A stretch of DNA of 64,000 nt from Patescibacteria group bacterium (GCA_041661625.1 JBAZUB010000003.1:69004-133003), one strand, 5' to 3'. Shown: positions 9,552-17,396, counted from the first letter of the stretch. Notes: generated from the letters alone by a model not told the origin. Numbers and translations are program-made.

Positions 9552-10235
9552 TCAGATCAGACCGCGTTCACGAAACGACAGGTAGGAGCCGCCGGCGCCG
9601 ATGATCACGTGGTCGATGACCTCGATGCCGAGCATCTCGCCGGTGCGGACCAGCCGATGGGTCATCTCGACGTCGTCTTCCGACGGTTCGGGGTCGCCTG
9701 ACGGGTGGTTATGAGCCAGGAGCATGGAGGCGGCCGCCGCCTGGATGGCGGGTCGGAACACCTCCCGAGGATGGACGATCGATGCATTGAGGCTTCCCAC
9801 ACTCACCGTCTCGAACTTCAGGAGGCGGTGCCGGGTGGTGAGCAGAAGCGTGACGAACATCTCGCGCTTCAAGTCTCCCAGGACGGGACCGACGACCTGC
9901 ACGGCGTCCTGCGCCGTGCGGATGATGAGGTTCTGTTCGGTACGAGGAACGGCTGCGCGGCGCGAGAGCTCGAACGCAGCGAGCACCTGGGTCGCCCGGC
10001 GCCGTCCGATCCCCGGGATCGCGACCAGGTCGGCTGTCCCGGCGTCGGCGATGACATCGAGCGAGCCGAATCGGGAGAGCAACGCCGCGGCCGCGTTTCC
10101 GGAGCAGAGCACGGCGGAAAGCAGGCGCGTCACGGGCCAAGACCGGCAGTCTTCCCGACAGTGGATCAACGGGTCCTCCAGCATCGGGATTGCGGGATCG
10201 ATCATGTGAGCCTCCTTCTTCCGGCAAACGCTCAT
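9552..10235 (-). CDS. radC: RadC-like JAB/MPN domain protein
   Basis: N-terminal HhH (LLSRFGSLDVIADAGTADLVAIPGIGRRRA) and JAMM motif LLAHNHPSGDPEPSEDD. Confidence 0.85.
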   Translation of the reverse strand: MSVCRKKEAHMIDPAIPMLEDPLIHCREDCRSWPVTRLLSAVLCSGNAAAALLSRFGSLDVIADAGTADLVAIPGIGRRRATQVLAAFELSRRAAVPRTEQNLIIRTAQDAVQVVGPVLGDLKREMFVTLLLTTRHRLLKFETVSVGSLNASIVHPREVFRPAIQAAAASMLLAHNHPSGDPEPSEDDVEMTHRLVRTGEMLGIEVIDHVIIGAGGSYLSFRERGLI

Positions 10236-10321
10236 GCGTTTCCGGCGGGTTGAGAGATCGCTGGGTAGAGAAAGAGGGGGTCTTCAAGCGAAGACCCCGG
10301 GACGAAGTGGAAGGCGGGCGG

Positions 10322-11080
10322 TTACCCGCGCCACTGTTGGCAATGAGCGAAGTACTCACACTCGGAGCAGCGATACGAAGGATTCGGGAAGCAGCAACCG
10401 GACTGGATAGCCAGAGCCACGCTTTCGATCAGCCGGGCGGTCCAGGCAAGGTCCTCAATTGTGCGGGTGGCAGGCAGGTGCACCAAGCGCGGGACCTTGG
10501 TCTTCAGAAGCGCGTCAATGCGGAGAGGTGGAACCGTTCCGGTTGCGAGGAAACGAACGAGCGCGTAGGTGGAAAGCTGGAGGTGTCGTTCGAGCGAACC
10601 CGTGTCGAAGGTCCGGGCGGCAGTCTTGAGTTCCACGAGCGTGCCGTCCGCCTCGACCAGATCAATCACCCCGCGCAGTCGGATGTCGAACACTTCACCG
10701 GTTTCGGGATCCACGAGGTCGATCTCGAAGCGGTCCTCGGTCAGGAGCGGCATTGTGCCGGATGAATCCGCGACATACAGAGCAACGAGTTCGTGACCCT
10801 TCTCCGCGAGGATCTCCTTGGATTCCTTCTCGGCGAACACCACGGGCTCGAGGTTCTGTGCGAACCAGTCGGCATCGAAGATCTTCGCGACCGCCTCCGG
10901 TTCCGGCGTGCGTCCGGCCAGCCGTTCGCGGTGGAACCACTCTACGGCAGCATGGACGGAAGAGCCGAACACCAGCGCGGCAGGCCGCCAGGGCGGCGGG
11001 ATCTTGTCGATGTACTGGAAACGGTGCTTGAGTGGACAGGTGAGGTAGGTCTGAACCCGGCTAACGCTGAGGGGCTCCAT
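10322..11080 (-). CDS. Cas4/RecB-like PD-(D/E)XK exonuclease with Fe-S Cys cluster
   Basis: N-terminal YLTCPLKHRFQY, core IDLVEADGTLVELK, C-terminal CCFPNPSYRCSECEYFAHC. Overlaps the upstream recT-like gene by 20 nt. Confidence 0.7.
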   Translation of the reverse strand: MEPLSVSRVQTYLTCPLKHRFQYIDKIPPPWRPAALVFGSSVHAAVEWFHRERLAGRTPEPEAVAKIFDADWFAQNLEPVVFAEKESKEILAEKGHELVALYVADSSGTMPLLTEDRFEIDLVDPETGEVFDIRLRGVIDLVEADGTLVELKTAARTFDTGSLERHLQLSTYALVRFLATGTVPPLRIDALLKTKVPRLVHLPATRTIEDLAWTARLIESVALAIQSGCCFPNPSYRCSECEYFAHCQQWRG

Positions 11081-11744
11081 CGGGGGCCTCCTGCAGGAGC
11101 TGGTCGATCGCCTCCGTTGCCCTGGCTTTGCTGACCTGGGTAAGCGTCTCGACCCCGAAGAACTCCTTCAGGTACTCGTGGGCGGCGTCATTCTGAAGCC
11201 CTTGGCCGGCGAGAATCCGGAAGAGATACCGACGCTGAGCTTCGGTCATGAGCGCTCCGTTGCCATTGCCGTTGCCGCCGGGCTGCGGTGTTCGGGGAGA
11301 GGTCCGACCGTTGCCGCGGGCGGCGCGAACCGGCGCGGGTGCAGCACCCGATCCGAGGTCCGATTCACCTGGCGGGAAGCCATCGCCGTCCAGCTCCTCG
11401 AAGGAGACGATGCCGATATTTACGGCATCACGGAGGGCGCGAGCCTTCGCCCGGGTCTCGGCCATGCGGATCAGGTGTGGGACGATGAACGAGTTGACGT
11501 TCTCGGGATTGGCGTCGCCGATCCCGTCGAACTTCCCCTTCTTCGTCTCGACGAGCGCCTTGGCGATCGCCGTCCGGCCGTTCTCGTCCGAGGGGATCTG
11601 AACGAGCCGGGTAGCGATGCGCTGCAAGCCTTCGTCGTGGGCCTTGCTGAGGAGGCCCTGGTAGGTGACCACCTCCTTCGTGCCGACGACGCGGCCGGTC
11701 CGGTCCTTGATCTCGATCGTGCGGATGAGGCCGTTCTGGGTCAT
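11061..11744 (-). CDS. RecT-family single-strand annealing protein (SSAP)
   Basis: Start chosen at the ATG at 11744, preceded by AGGAGG. The RMAETRAKARALRDA helix resembles RecT EMAKKTAIRRL. Paired with the exonuclease immediately downstream. Confidence 0.5.
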   Translation of the reverse strand: MTQNGLIRTIEIKDRTGRVVGTKEVVTYQGLLSKAHDEGLQRIATRLVQIPSDENGRTAIAKALVETKKGKFDGIGDANPENVNSFIVPHLIRMAETRAKARALRDAVNIGIVSFEELDGDGFPPGESDLGSGAAPAPVRAARGNGRTSPRTPQPGGNGNGNGALMTEAQRRYLFRILAGQGLQNDAAHEYLKEFFGVETLTQVSKARATEAIDQLLQEAPDGAPQR

Positions 11745-11950
11745 GGGGACACCTCCTGTTCCGTGGGGGGATTTGGAAAGGGCGGGCAAGACGGAGAGCG
11801 AGTCTCCACCCTTCACGGTACGGGAGGTGGGCCTTGGGACGTAGGGAGGGCGATGCGTCGTTGAGCGCACATCCTGTGGAAAACCCACCGTCGTAAGGCC
11901 TTCACAGAACCGAATGATTATGGTAAGGTTGCTTACCTTGATATTGATCT

Positions 11951-12172
11951 ATGCAGACGATGACAAACGTACCCCAAAACACGTACGCCAACCCGACCGA
12001 CGGCAATACGTACTACCTTGCTTCGCTTGAGGACGGGAACAGCAAGGTTCTTTGGGCGTGTCCGACAAACCGCGACGGCTCGGCTGATTTCGTTTCAGCC
12101 ATCCCGGAAACCGACTTCGCCGAACCGCTCACACCCGATGATCGGGAGCGGATCGTGCGCGCTCTCACATAG
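11951..12172 (+). CDS. Small hypothetical protein (73 aa), opposite strand within a 460-bp intergenic region
   Basis: ORF in an otherwise noncoding gap. No motifs recognised. Confidence 0.3.
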   Translation: MQTMTNVPQNTYANPTDGNTYYLASLEDGNSKVLWACPTNRDGSADFVSAIPETDFAEPLTPDDRERIVRALT

Positions 12173-12207
12173 GAAAGCGCAAGGGAATCGTGAAGACGTG
12201 ATGCGCT

Positions 12208-12732
12208 TCACGAGTTTTGTCGTCTGGATAATTGGACGGCTACCGCAACTGCGAGTGCGTCAAACATATGAAGCCAGTACCTATCCTTGGGCTTGTAGCC
12301 GAGGACGGGATGCGGTGGCTCCTTCGGGAGCTTGATCCGAAGGTCCTCAAAGCCCATGCGGACGATGGCGTGTGCGACGTCGAACTTTTTCGCGTGGCGA
12401 TCACCGACCACGACTCGCCGCACGTCGGGCGGCGCTATCTCCAACACCCGGATGCCGAGTTCGCGAGATCGTGCCTGAAGTTCCTGGACGATCACCGAAA
12501 CGAGAGCGGCGCGTTTCGTAGGGACAAGCAGGGGCTTTTCGATTGCGACGACCGAGGGAGCGTGCTCGGCGACATACGACAGAATCACCCGACGAGCCTG
12601 GCCGATCACGTCGTGCGGCCGTTCTCCGTTGTGGAGGGTGTGGACGCCGAAGCCAAGAAGGGTCGAGCCCGTGATGACCACCGCTCCCATGTATTTCGTT
12701 CCAGGATCGATGCCGAGGATTTTTTCTTCCAT
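12208..12732 (-). CDS. RuvC-like Holliday-junction resolvase (phage-type), copy 1
   Basis: LGIDPGTKYMGAVV, VVAIEKP, C-terminal MFDALAVAVAV (RuvC D/E/D/H layout). Confidence 0.7.
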   Translation of the reverse strand: MEEKILGIDPGTKYMGAVVITGSTLLGFGVHTLHNGERPHDVIGQARRVILSYVAEHAPSVVAIEKPLLVPTKRAALVSVIVQELQARSRELGIRVLEIAPPDVRRVVVGDRHAKKFDVAHAIVRMGFEDLRIKLPKEPPHPVLGYKPKDRYWLHMFDALAVAVAVQLSRRQNS

Positions 12733-12904
12733 TGTTAATTGGCCGTTTAGATGGTGAGTACGAACGGGTTCCCTCCCGAGAGACCGCGACGGTGTGGACC
12801 CGGCTTGCGCGGGTGACCACGATGTCCGCGGCGGCGGTCCGCAAGACGGAAACCGCCTGGCTTTCCAGCCGAAGAATCGGCTCCGGGAGGGCTGTATGAG
12901 TGGT

Positions 12905-13405
12905 TCAGGCGGCCGTGGCCTGATGGTGAAGAGCGAGGGCGACGGCGTCGAACATGTTCTGGAAGTACGCTTCCTTCCAGCGGCGGTCTTGCGTGAGATA
13001 GACCCGCAGGGCGGGCAGGCGTCCGGCGACAGCCTCGGCCGTCTGGCGTTTGTTCGCCCAGCCGTGGCCGACGAGGCCCTTGCGGACGGTCTGGGGCGCG
13101 TATGTCGCGACCGTCAGCCCTTTCAGGGCAGCCATGCGGCGAACCCGACGGGCCAGACGGTCCAGCCGATCCAAGGAGTTCACGCGGTTCGGGTGGGTGG
13201 CTTCAAGGACGACGATCGAGGGTCTGAACTGACCGATCCAGTCGCCGATGGCCTTCACGGCGGCGGGGAGGCGCTGCTTCGATGGCAGCAACCGGAGCGG
13301 GAGGACTCCCGACTCGATCAGGGATCCTCCTCGGAGAATGGCGTACCCGAGGTCCCGGAGGCCGGGATCAAGGGCGAGGATCGTCTTCGCTGTGGCTTTG
13401 GGCAT
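12905..13405 (-). CDS. RuvC-like Holliday-junction resolvase, copy 2 (paralog)
   Basis: ILALDPGLRDLGYAIL, IVVLEAT, MFDAVALALHH. Start reassigned to the ATG at 13405; the track start at 13558 adds an implausible extension. Confidence 0.6.
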   Translation of the reverse strand: MPKATAKTILALDPGLRDLGYAILRGGSLIESGVLPLRLLPSKQRLPAAVKAIGDWIGQFRPSIVVLEATHPNRVNSLDRLDRLARRVRRMAALKGLTVATYAPQTVRKGLVGHGWANKRQTAEAVAGRLPALRVYLTQDRRWKEAYFQNMFDAVALALHHQATAA

Positions 13406-13922
13406 GGCGTTTGAGTAGATAAAGAAATAAAGCTGTGCGTGAGCGGCGGATCTCGGCCGCCGGAACGGCGAGGGTGCCGGCGAGCGCGCGTTTGATGATC
13501 GCGTCGTCGTGGAGCTCAAGCGCCGATTCGAGCGCTCCACGGTCCCCGTTCTCCCCAAGTGCTCGCTCCAGCTTCCCGATGGTGAAGAACCGTTTGATTT
13601 CCGGCGGCGATTCAGCCTGCGCCGGCAGCTGGGGAAGGTGCCGGACAGTCACGCGAACGGTTTGTCCGGAACGCTGGAGCCTCACATAGCGACGCGTTCG
13701 GAGATGGCCAAGCCAGCTTCGGACGGTTCCGTCGGGGAGCCCCATGGCGGAGGCGATCTCCGCCGTGTCCAGCTCCAGCGTGTTCTGGCCGGCGGGCAGT
13801 CGGACCAGAAGTCCGAGGTAGAGCCAGACGGCCGACCGCATCCGGCGGATGTGGAGCGCCTGCGGGTGCTCCAAGAGTCCTCGGTCGAGTCGGATTATAA
13901 TGGGCATCGGGTTTCGGGTCAT
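13368..13922 (-). CDS. Winged-helix DNA-binding protein (replication/regulatory), paralog A
   Basis: HTH IASAMGLPDGTVRSWLGHLRTRRYV. C-terminal motif IRRSRTALFLYLLKRH is shared with the next gene. Confidence 0.5.
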   Translation of the reverse strand: MTRNPMPIIIRLDRGLLEHPQALHIRRMRSAVWLYLGLLVRLPAGQNTLELDTAEIASAMGLPDGTVRSWLGHLRTRRYVRLQRSGQTVRVTVRHLPQLPAQAESPPEIKRFFTIGKLERALGENGDRGALESALELHDDAIIKRALAGTLAVPAAEIRRSRTALFLYLLKRHAQSHSEDDPRP

Positions 13923-14536
13923 AGGTGGCTGTCGATCTTCGTGATGAGGTAGCGGAAGAGAGCGAGCTTGGATTTCCTGATCTTCTCGAGCGGCGTGTTG
14001 CGTACCCGGTCGAGAGCGCGGGTAACATGATCGGGCGAGTGACGAGCGAGGATTGCTGGCAGCTCCGTTTCGACCTCGGGTCCGACAACCTCCCGGGCCA
14101 GCCGCGCCAGCGCCCCTTCCCCCGCACCCCCATCCCCGATAGCTATAGCCTGCTTGCCTGATAATTGCTTAGAACAGCTATTGCTATAGCTATCTTCAAT
14201 ATGTGATCCGGGAAAAGCTTCGGAATTGCTCTGATTCTCGCGCTCCGACGCCACTTCGCCAGACCACGAAACGAGGTGCGCGACAAGGTACGGCAATGGC
14301 GACTGCACGCGCACGAGTCCGGCATCAACGAGGCGAGATAGCCACCGATCGATCCGGTCTTCCTCCACACTTAGCTCCCGGGAAAGGCGGGCGCGGGTAC
14401 GAATCACCACTCCGTGTGATCCCGCGTGACGGATGAGAGCGAGGTAGAGAAACGCGCTGTTGCCGATCCGGTCAACGGGACGAGAAAAGTCGAGCACGGC
14501 GTCGAGAGCGCGGGTGGGAATACGTCGCTCGGTCAT
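13919..14536 (-). CDS. Winged-helix DNA-binding protein, paralog B
   Basis: LSRELSVEEDRIDRWLSRLVDAGLVRV. C-terminal IRKSKLALFRYLITK. Overlaps its neighbour by 4 nt (ATGA). Confidence 0.5.
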   Translation of the reverse strand: MTERRIPTRALDAVLDFSRPVDRIGNSAFLYLALIRHAGSHGVVIRTRARLSRELSVEEDRIDRWLSRLVDAGLVRVQSPLPYLVAHLVSWSGEVASERENQSNSEAFPGSHIEDSYSNSCSKQLSGKQAIAIGDGGAGEGALARLAREVVGPEVETELPAILARHSPDHVTRALDRVRNTPLEKIRKSKLALFRYLITKIDSHL

Positions 14537-14808
14537 CCTTCTTCGTGCTTAGATTTATCCTCACGCTTAGGGAAGTAAAGGGCAGCGTAAAGCGACTCCG
14601 CCAACGTCCCGAGGGATCGGGCCAGGCGGAACACGTTCGGCAGGCTCGGCAGGGAGCAGCCCCGCTCCCAGGCCGACACGATTGGCCGGCTCCTACCGAT
14701 AAGCTTTCCCAACATGGTCTGGGTGAGGCCAGCCCGAAGCCGGTATTCGCGGATGCGGTTCGGAAACCGGGCTGTGACTCTTGATCGGCGAAGGGTGAAT
14801 TGAAACAT
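14533..14808 (-). CDS. XRE-family HTH transcriptional regulator (repressor-like)
   Basis: IREYRLRAGLTQTMLGKLIGRSRPIVSAWERG. Start moved to the ATG at 14808 (MFQFTL). Confidence 0.7.
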   Translation of the reverse strand: MFQFTLRRSRVTARFPNRIREYRLRAGLTQTMLGKLIGRSRPIVSAWERGCSLPSLPNVFRLARSLGTLAESLYAALYFPKREDKSKHEEG

Positions 14809-14874
14809 GTACCAAGAATACAGACACGAACAGAAACCGAACAGAGGGGGTGAGGTGCATAACTGTTCGCCTCC

Positions 14875-14899
14875 TGTGGACAGCGGGCAGATATCCACA
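14875..14899. promoter_or_regulatory. 6-bp inverted repeat TGTGGA-N13-TCCACA in the divergent xre/small-ORF region; candidate operator
   Basis: Read directly from the sequence. Confidence 0.3.
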
Positions 14900-14965
14900 A
14901 AACAAGCCGCTTTCTGGACCTCTCGCACTCTACGACCGTTCCCGGAAGTGTGAGACGATTCGGGC

Positions 14966-15166
14966 ATGAATACCCCAAACGAGCCGTCCGACCATGATGC
15001 CGGGACCATACTCCCCCAGAAAGCAATCGACGACCTCAAGGCGATCTACCGCCGGAAATGCGGGTCGGATCTCTCCGACCATGACGCCAGGGAGATGAGC
15101 AACCGCCTCCTTCGTGTTTTCGCCGTGCTGACGCGCGAACCGACGGACCGGCGAGACCGAGTTTGA
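14966..15166 (+). CDS. Small hypothetical protein (66 aa) divergent from xre
   Basis: ORF only. Cro/antirepressor-like position. Confidence 0.35.
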   Translation: MNTPNEPSDHDAGTILPQKAIDDLKAIYRRKCGSDLSDHDAREMSNRLLRVFAVLTREPTDRRDRV

Positions 15167-15245
15167 ACCGCGTCCACCCGCCTATCTTGACGGGATCCGG
15201 GAGTTAATTCTACACTTCAACACTAAACATCTGACACCTAAGTCA

Positions 15246-16760
15246 TTGCCTTCCTATATCCTCTATGCGCGCAAGTCCTCCGAATCGGAGGATCGTCAAG
15301 TTCTCTCCATCGATTCGCAAGTCCGCGAATTGGAGGCCTTCGCGCAATCCCAGAACTTCACGGTTGCCTCGGTCCTGGCTGAGTCCCGCTCGGCCAAGGC
15401 CCCCGGCCGGCCGATCTTCGCGAAGATGCTCCGATCCGTCAGCCAGGGAAAGGCCGACGGCATCCTCTGCTGGAAGCTCGACCGCCTCGCCAGAAACCCG
15501 GTCGACGGGGCCGCCCTCATCTGGGCGGTCGACGAAGGCAAGCTCCGGGAGATTGTCACCCGGGACCGGGCCTTCCAGAACACCGGGAATGACAAGTTCT
15601 GGATGCAGCTCGAGTTCGGCATGGCCAAGAAGTACGTGGACGATCTCTCCGACAATGTCAAACGCGGCAACCGAGCCAAACTGGAGCAGGGCTGGCTCCC
15701 GGGGCTGCCCCCAATCGGGTATCTGAACGACGCGGTGACGCGGAAGATCGTTCGCGATCCGGACCGGTTCGACATTCTGCGGAAGATCTGGGACGCCGTG
15801 CTGGCCGGTGAGTCTCCCCTCGAAGTGCTTTCGACCGCCACCGACGAGTGGGGGTTACGCACGCGAAAACACCGGCGCACGGGGGGTAAGCCGCTCGGCC
15901 GGAGCAACTTCTATGTCATGCTCTCCAACCCATTCTACTATGGGCTGCTTGTTCGCAACGGTGAGTCCTATCCTGGATCGCACCCTCCCATGATCTCGCA
16001 GGACGAGTTCGACCGCGTCCAGGAGCTACTCGGCCGTCCGAATCGGGCACCGCAACGGCGGCACGAATTCGCCTTCACGGGACTGATCCGCTGCGAGGAG
16101 TGCGGCGCTTCGATCACCGCCGCGGAGACGGTGAATCGGTACGGCTACCACTACGCCTACTACCACTGCACGAAACGGAAGGCCGGCACTTCCTGCAGAC
16201 AGATGCCGATCCGCGAGGAAAAGCTGGAAACACAGATCCGCGAGGTATTGAGCCAGGTGGCCATTGACGACGACTATCGCGACTGGGCTTTGGAGAACCT
16301 TCGGATTGTCCACGAACGGGAAAGCAAGAGCCGGCAAACGGTGGACCGTTCCCTGGACGAGACTCACCGGGACGTTCAGAAGCAGATCGACGCGCTCCTC
16401 CAGGTCCGCCTCCGTGGATTGGTCACCGACGAGGAATATGCCGCCAAGAAGCACTCTCTTGTTTCCGAGAGCCTTCGATTGAAGGAACGCCTCGTCGACA
16501 CCGATGGCCGAGCCACCCGTGGGTTGAAACTTTTCGAGCAAGCGATATTGTTCGCACACCTAGCCCCGAAACGCTTCGCGGAGGGAACAACCGCGGAGAA
16601 GCGCGAGATTCTCATGGCCCTCGGTTCCAACCTCTTGCTCAAGGACAGAACTCTGCGAATCCAACTGCAAAAACCCTTCCACCTGATCGGGGAAGGGCGG
16701 CACAGTATTTCCTGGTACCGGAGGAGGGACTTGAACCCTCAATCCCTTACGGGAACGTGA
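15246..16760 (+). CDS. Large serine recombinase (integrase)
   Basis: Resolvase-domain catalytic region YARKSSESEDRQVLSIDSQ, recombinase domain, zinc ribbon CEECGASI...YHCTKRK, C-terminal coiled-coil region. TTG start. The last about 16 codons are encoded by the tRNA-Leu sequence. Confidence 0.85.
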   Translation: MPSYILYARKSSESEDRQVLSIDSQVRELEAFAQSQNFTVASVLAESRSAKAPGRPIFAKMLRSVSQGKADGILCWKLDRLARNPVDGAALIWAVDEGKLREIVTRDRAFQNTGNDKFWMQLEFGMAKKYVDDLSDNVKRGNRAKLEQGWLPGLPPIGYLNDAVTRKIVRDPDRFDILRKIWDAVLAGESPLEVLSTATDEWGLRTRKHRRTGGKPLGRSNFYVMLSNPFYYGLLVRNGESYPGSHPPMISQDEFDRVQELLGRPNRAPQRRHEFAFTGLIRCEECGASITAAETVNRYGYHYAYYHCTKRKAGTSCRQMPIREEKLETQIREVLSQVAIDDDYRDWALENLRIVHERESKSRQTVDRSLDETHRDVQKQIDALLQVRLRGLVTDEEYAAKKHSLVSESLRLKERLVDTDGRATRGLKLFEQAILFAHLAPKRFAEGTTAEKREILMALGSNLLLKDRTLRIQLQKPFHLIGEGRHSISWYRRRDLNPQSLTGT

Positions 16761-16799
16761 TTTTGAGTCACGCGCGTATGCCAATTCCGCCACTCCGGC
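16713..16799 (-). tRNA. tRNA-Leu (anticodon CAA), 87 nt including encoded CCA
   Basis: The reverse complement gives GCCGGAGTGGCGGAATTGGCATACGCGCGTGACTCAAAATCACG...GGGTTCAAGTCCCTCCTCCGGTACCA. It has a long variable arm and a T-loop TTCAAGT. G1-U72 is a wobble pair at the acceptor end facing the island. Confidence 0.85.
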
Positions 16800-16868
16800 A
16801 TGATTTCTTAAACTTACATTGTCAACGATTTTGCCCAGCACCACTCACTTTGTTCGGATGCTGGGCGC

Positions 16869-16881
16869 GAGTCACGCGCGT
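16869..16881. repeat. 13-nt copy (GAGTCACGCGCGT) of the tRNA-Leu D/anticodon-arm segment, about 100 bp beyond the tRNA 5' end
   Basis: Identical to 16765-16777. The following about 14 nt are also similar to the tRNA. Confidence 0.5.
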
Positions 16882-16945
16882 CTTCCAACTTGCCCCGTAA
16901 CGAACGAGCCTGGCGAGTTCTGTTGCGGGGTTCCCCCCGGGGCTC

Positions 16946-16992
16946 GTCCCGCTCAGCGGGACACGCCCGTCCCCGCCTGCCAAAGCACAGCG
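16946..16992. repeat. GC-rich element: hairpin GTCCCGC-TCA-GCGGGAC plus the 21-mer CCCGCCTGCCAAAGCACAGCG, which is also found next to tRNA-Val
   Basis: The 21-mer at 16972-16992 is identical to 35862-35882. Confidence 0.6.
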
Positions 16993-17127
16993 GCGGGCAG
17001 GTCGATGGCCGCGAGTGAAGCAGTTCACTCGCTATCCCGCACGGCGGGATGCCATCTCGACCCACTCCGGCCTCAATTGGGCAGGATGTATTATGCTCTA
17101 AAATGTGCGATAACGTGTTTGCTGGTT

Positions 17128-17157
17128 CGTAGGCGAACAAGCGCTTGTTCGCCTACG
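17128..17157. promoter_or_regulatory. 30-bp perfect palindrome CGTAGGCGAACAAGC|GCTTGTTCGCCTACG upstream of parA. An AT-rich tract with TTAATTA repeats follows at 17220-17340.
   Basis: Read directly. Possible operator, terminator or origin-proximal element. Confidence 0.4.
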
Positions 17158-17396
17158 GTTGTGTTTAAACGAACGACCGTGTTTCCACAAATGCAGGATG
17201 CTCTGCTATTGGCGTGTAATTCGCATTAATAATATGTAAAATAAGCCGATTTGTCAATTATTCCAGTTAATTAACCATTTAATTAAAAGGTTAATTGGCG
17301 GGTGTGGTCTATCGCTCGATAAACATTGAATAATCATCGTTTTCCTTGTATAATAATAGCAGTTGCTAAGACAATGACGCAGCTTGTGTTATACCC

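Larger units (their letters stand above)
1..16712. mobile_element. High-GC integrative (prophage/ICE-like) element inserted at the 3' end of tRNA-Leu; left end outside the window
   Basis: Serine integrase abutting the tRNA, Xre, recT-like/exonuclease, ruvC-like, radC and a T4SS-type ATPase. A GC cliff against the flanking chromosome. Confidence 0.65.

Noticed and set aside
7837-11864. Long plus-strand ORFs (7837-8460, 9152-9604, 9705-10253, 10190-10765, 11178-11864) and minus-strand ORFs 9042-9494 and 9709-10359
   Set aside because: They lie antisense to or out of frame with the motif-bearing minus-strand genes (LAGLIDADG-like protein, RadC, Cas4-like, RecT-like). Their Arg/Pro/Gly-rich low-complexity translations are typical of spurious high-GC ORFs.
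12401-13414. ORFs 12401-12844 (minus) and 12794-13414 (plus) between and over the ruvC-like genes
   Set aside because: Arg/Gly-rich junk translations overlapping genes that carry clear RuvC motifs.
16560-17229. ORFs 16560-16844 (minus), 16814-17140 (minus) and 16819-17229 (plus) around the tRNA-Leu
   Set aside because: They overlap the tRNA gene and the GC-rich repeat region. No coding signal. They are explained by the tRNA and repeat elements.
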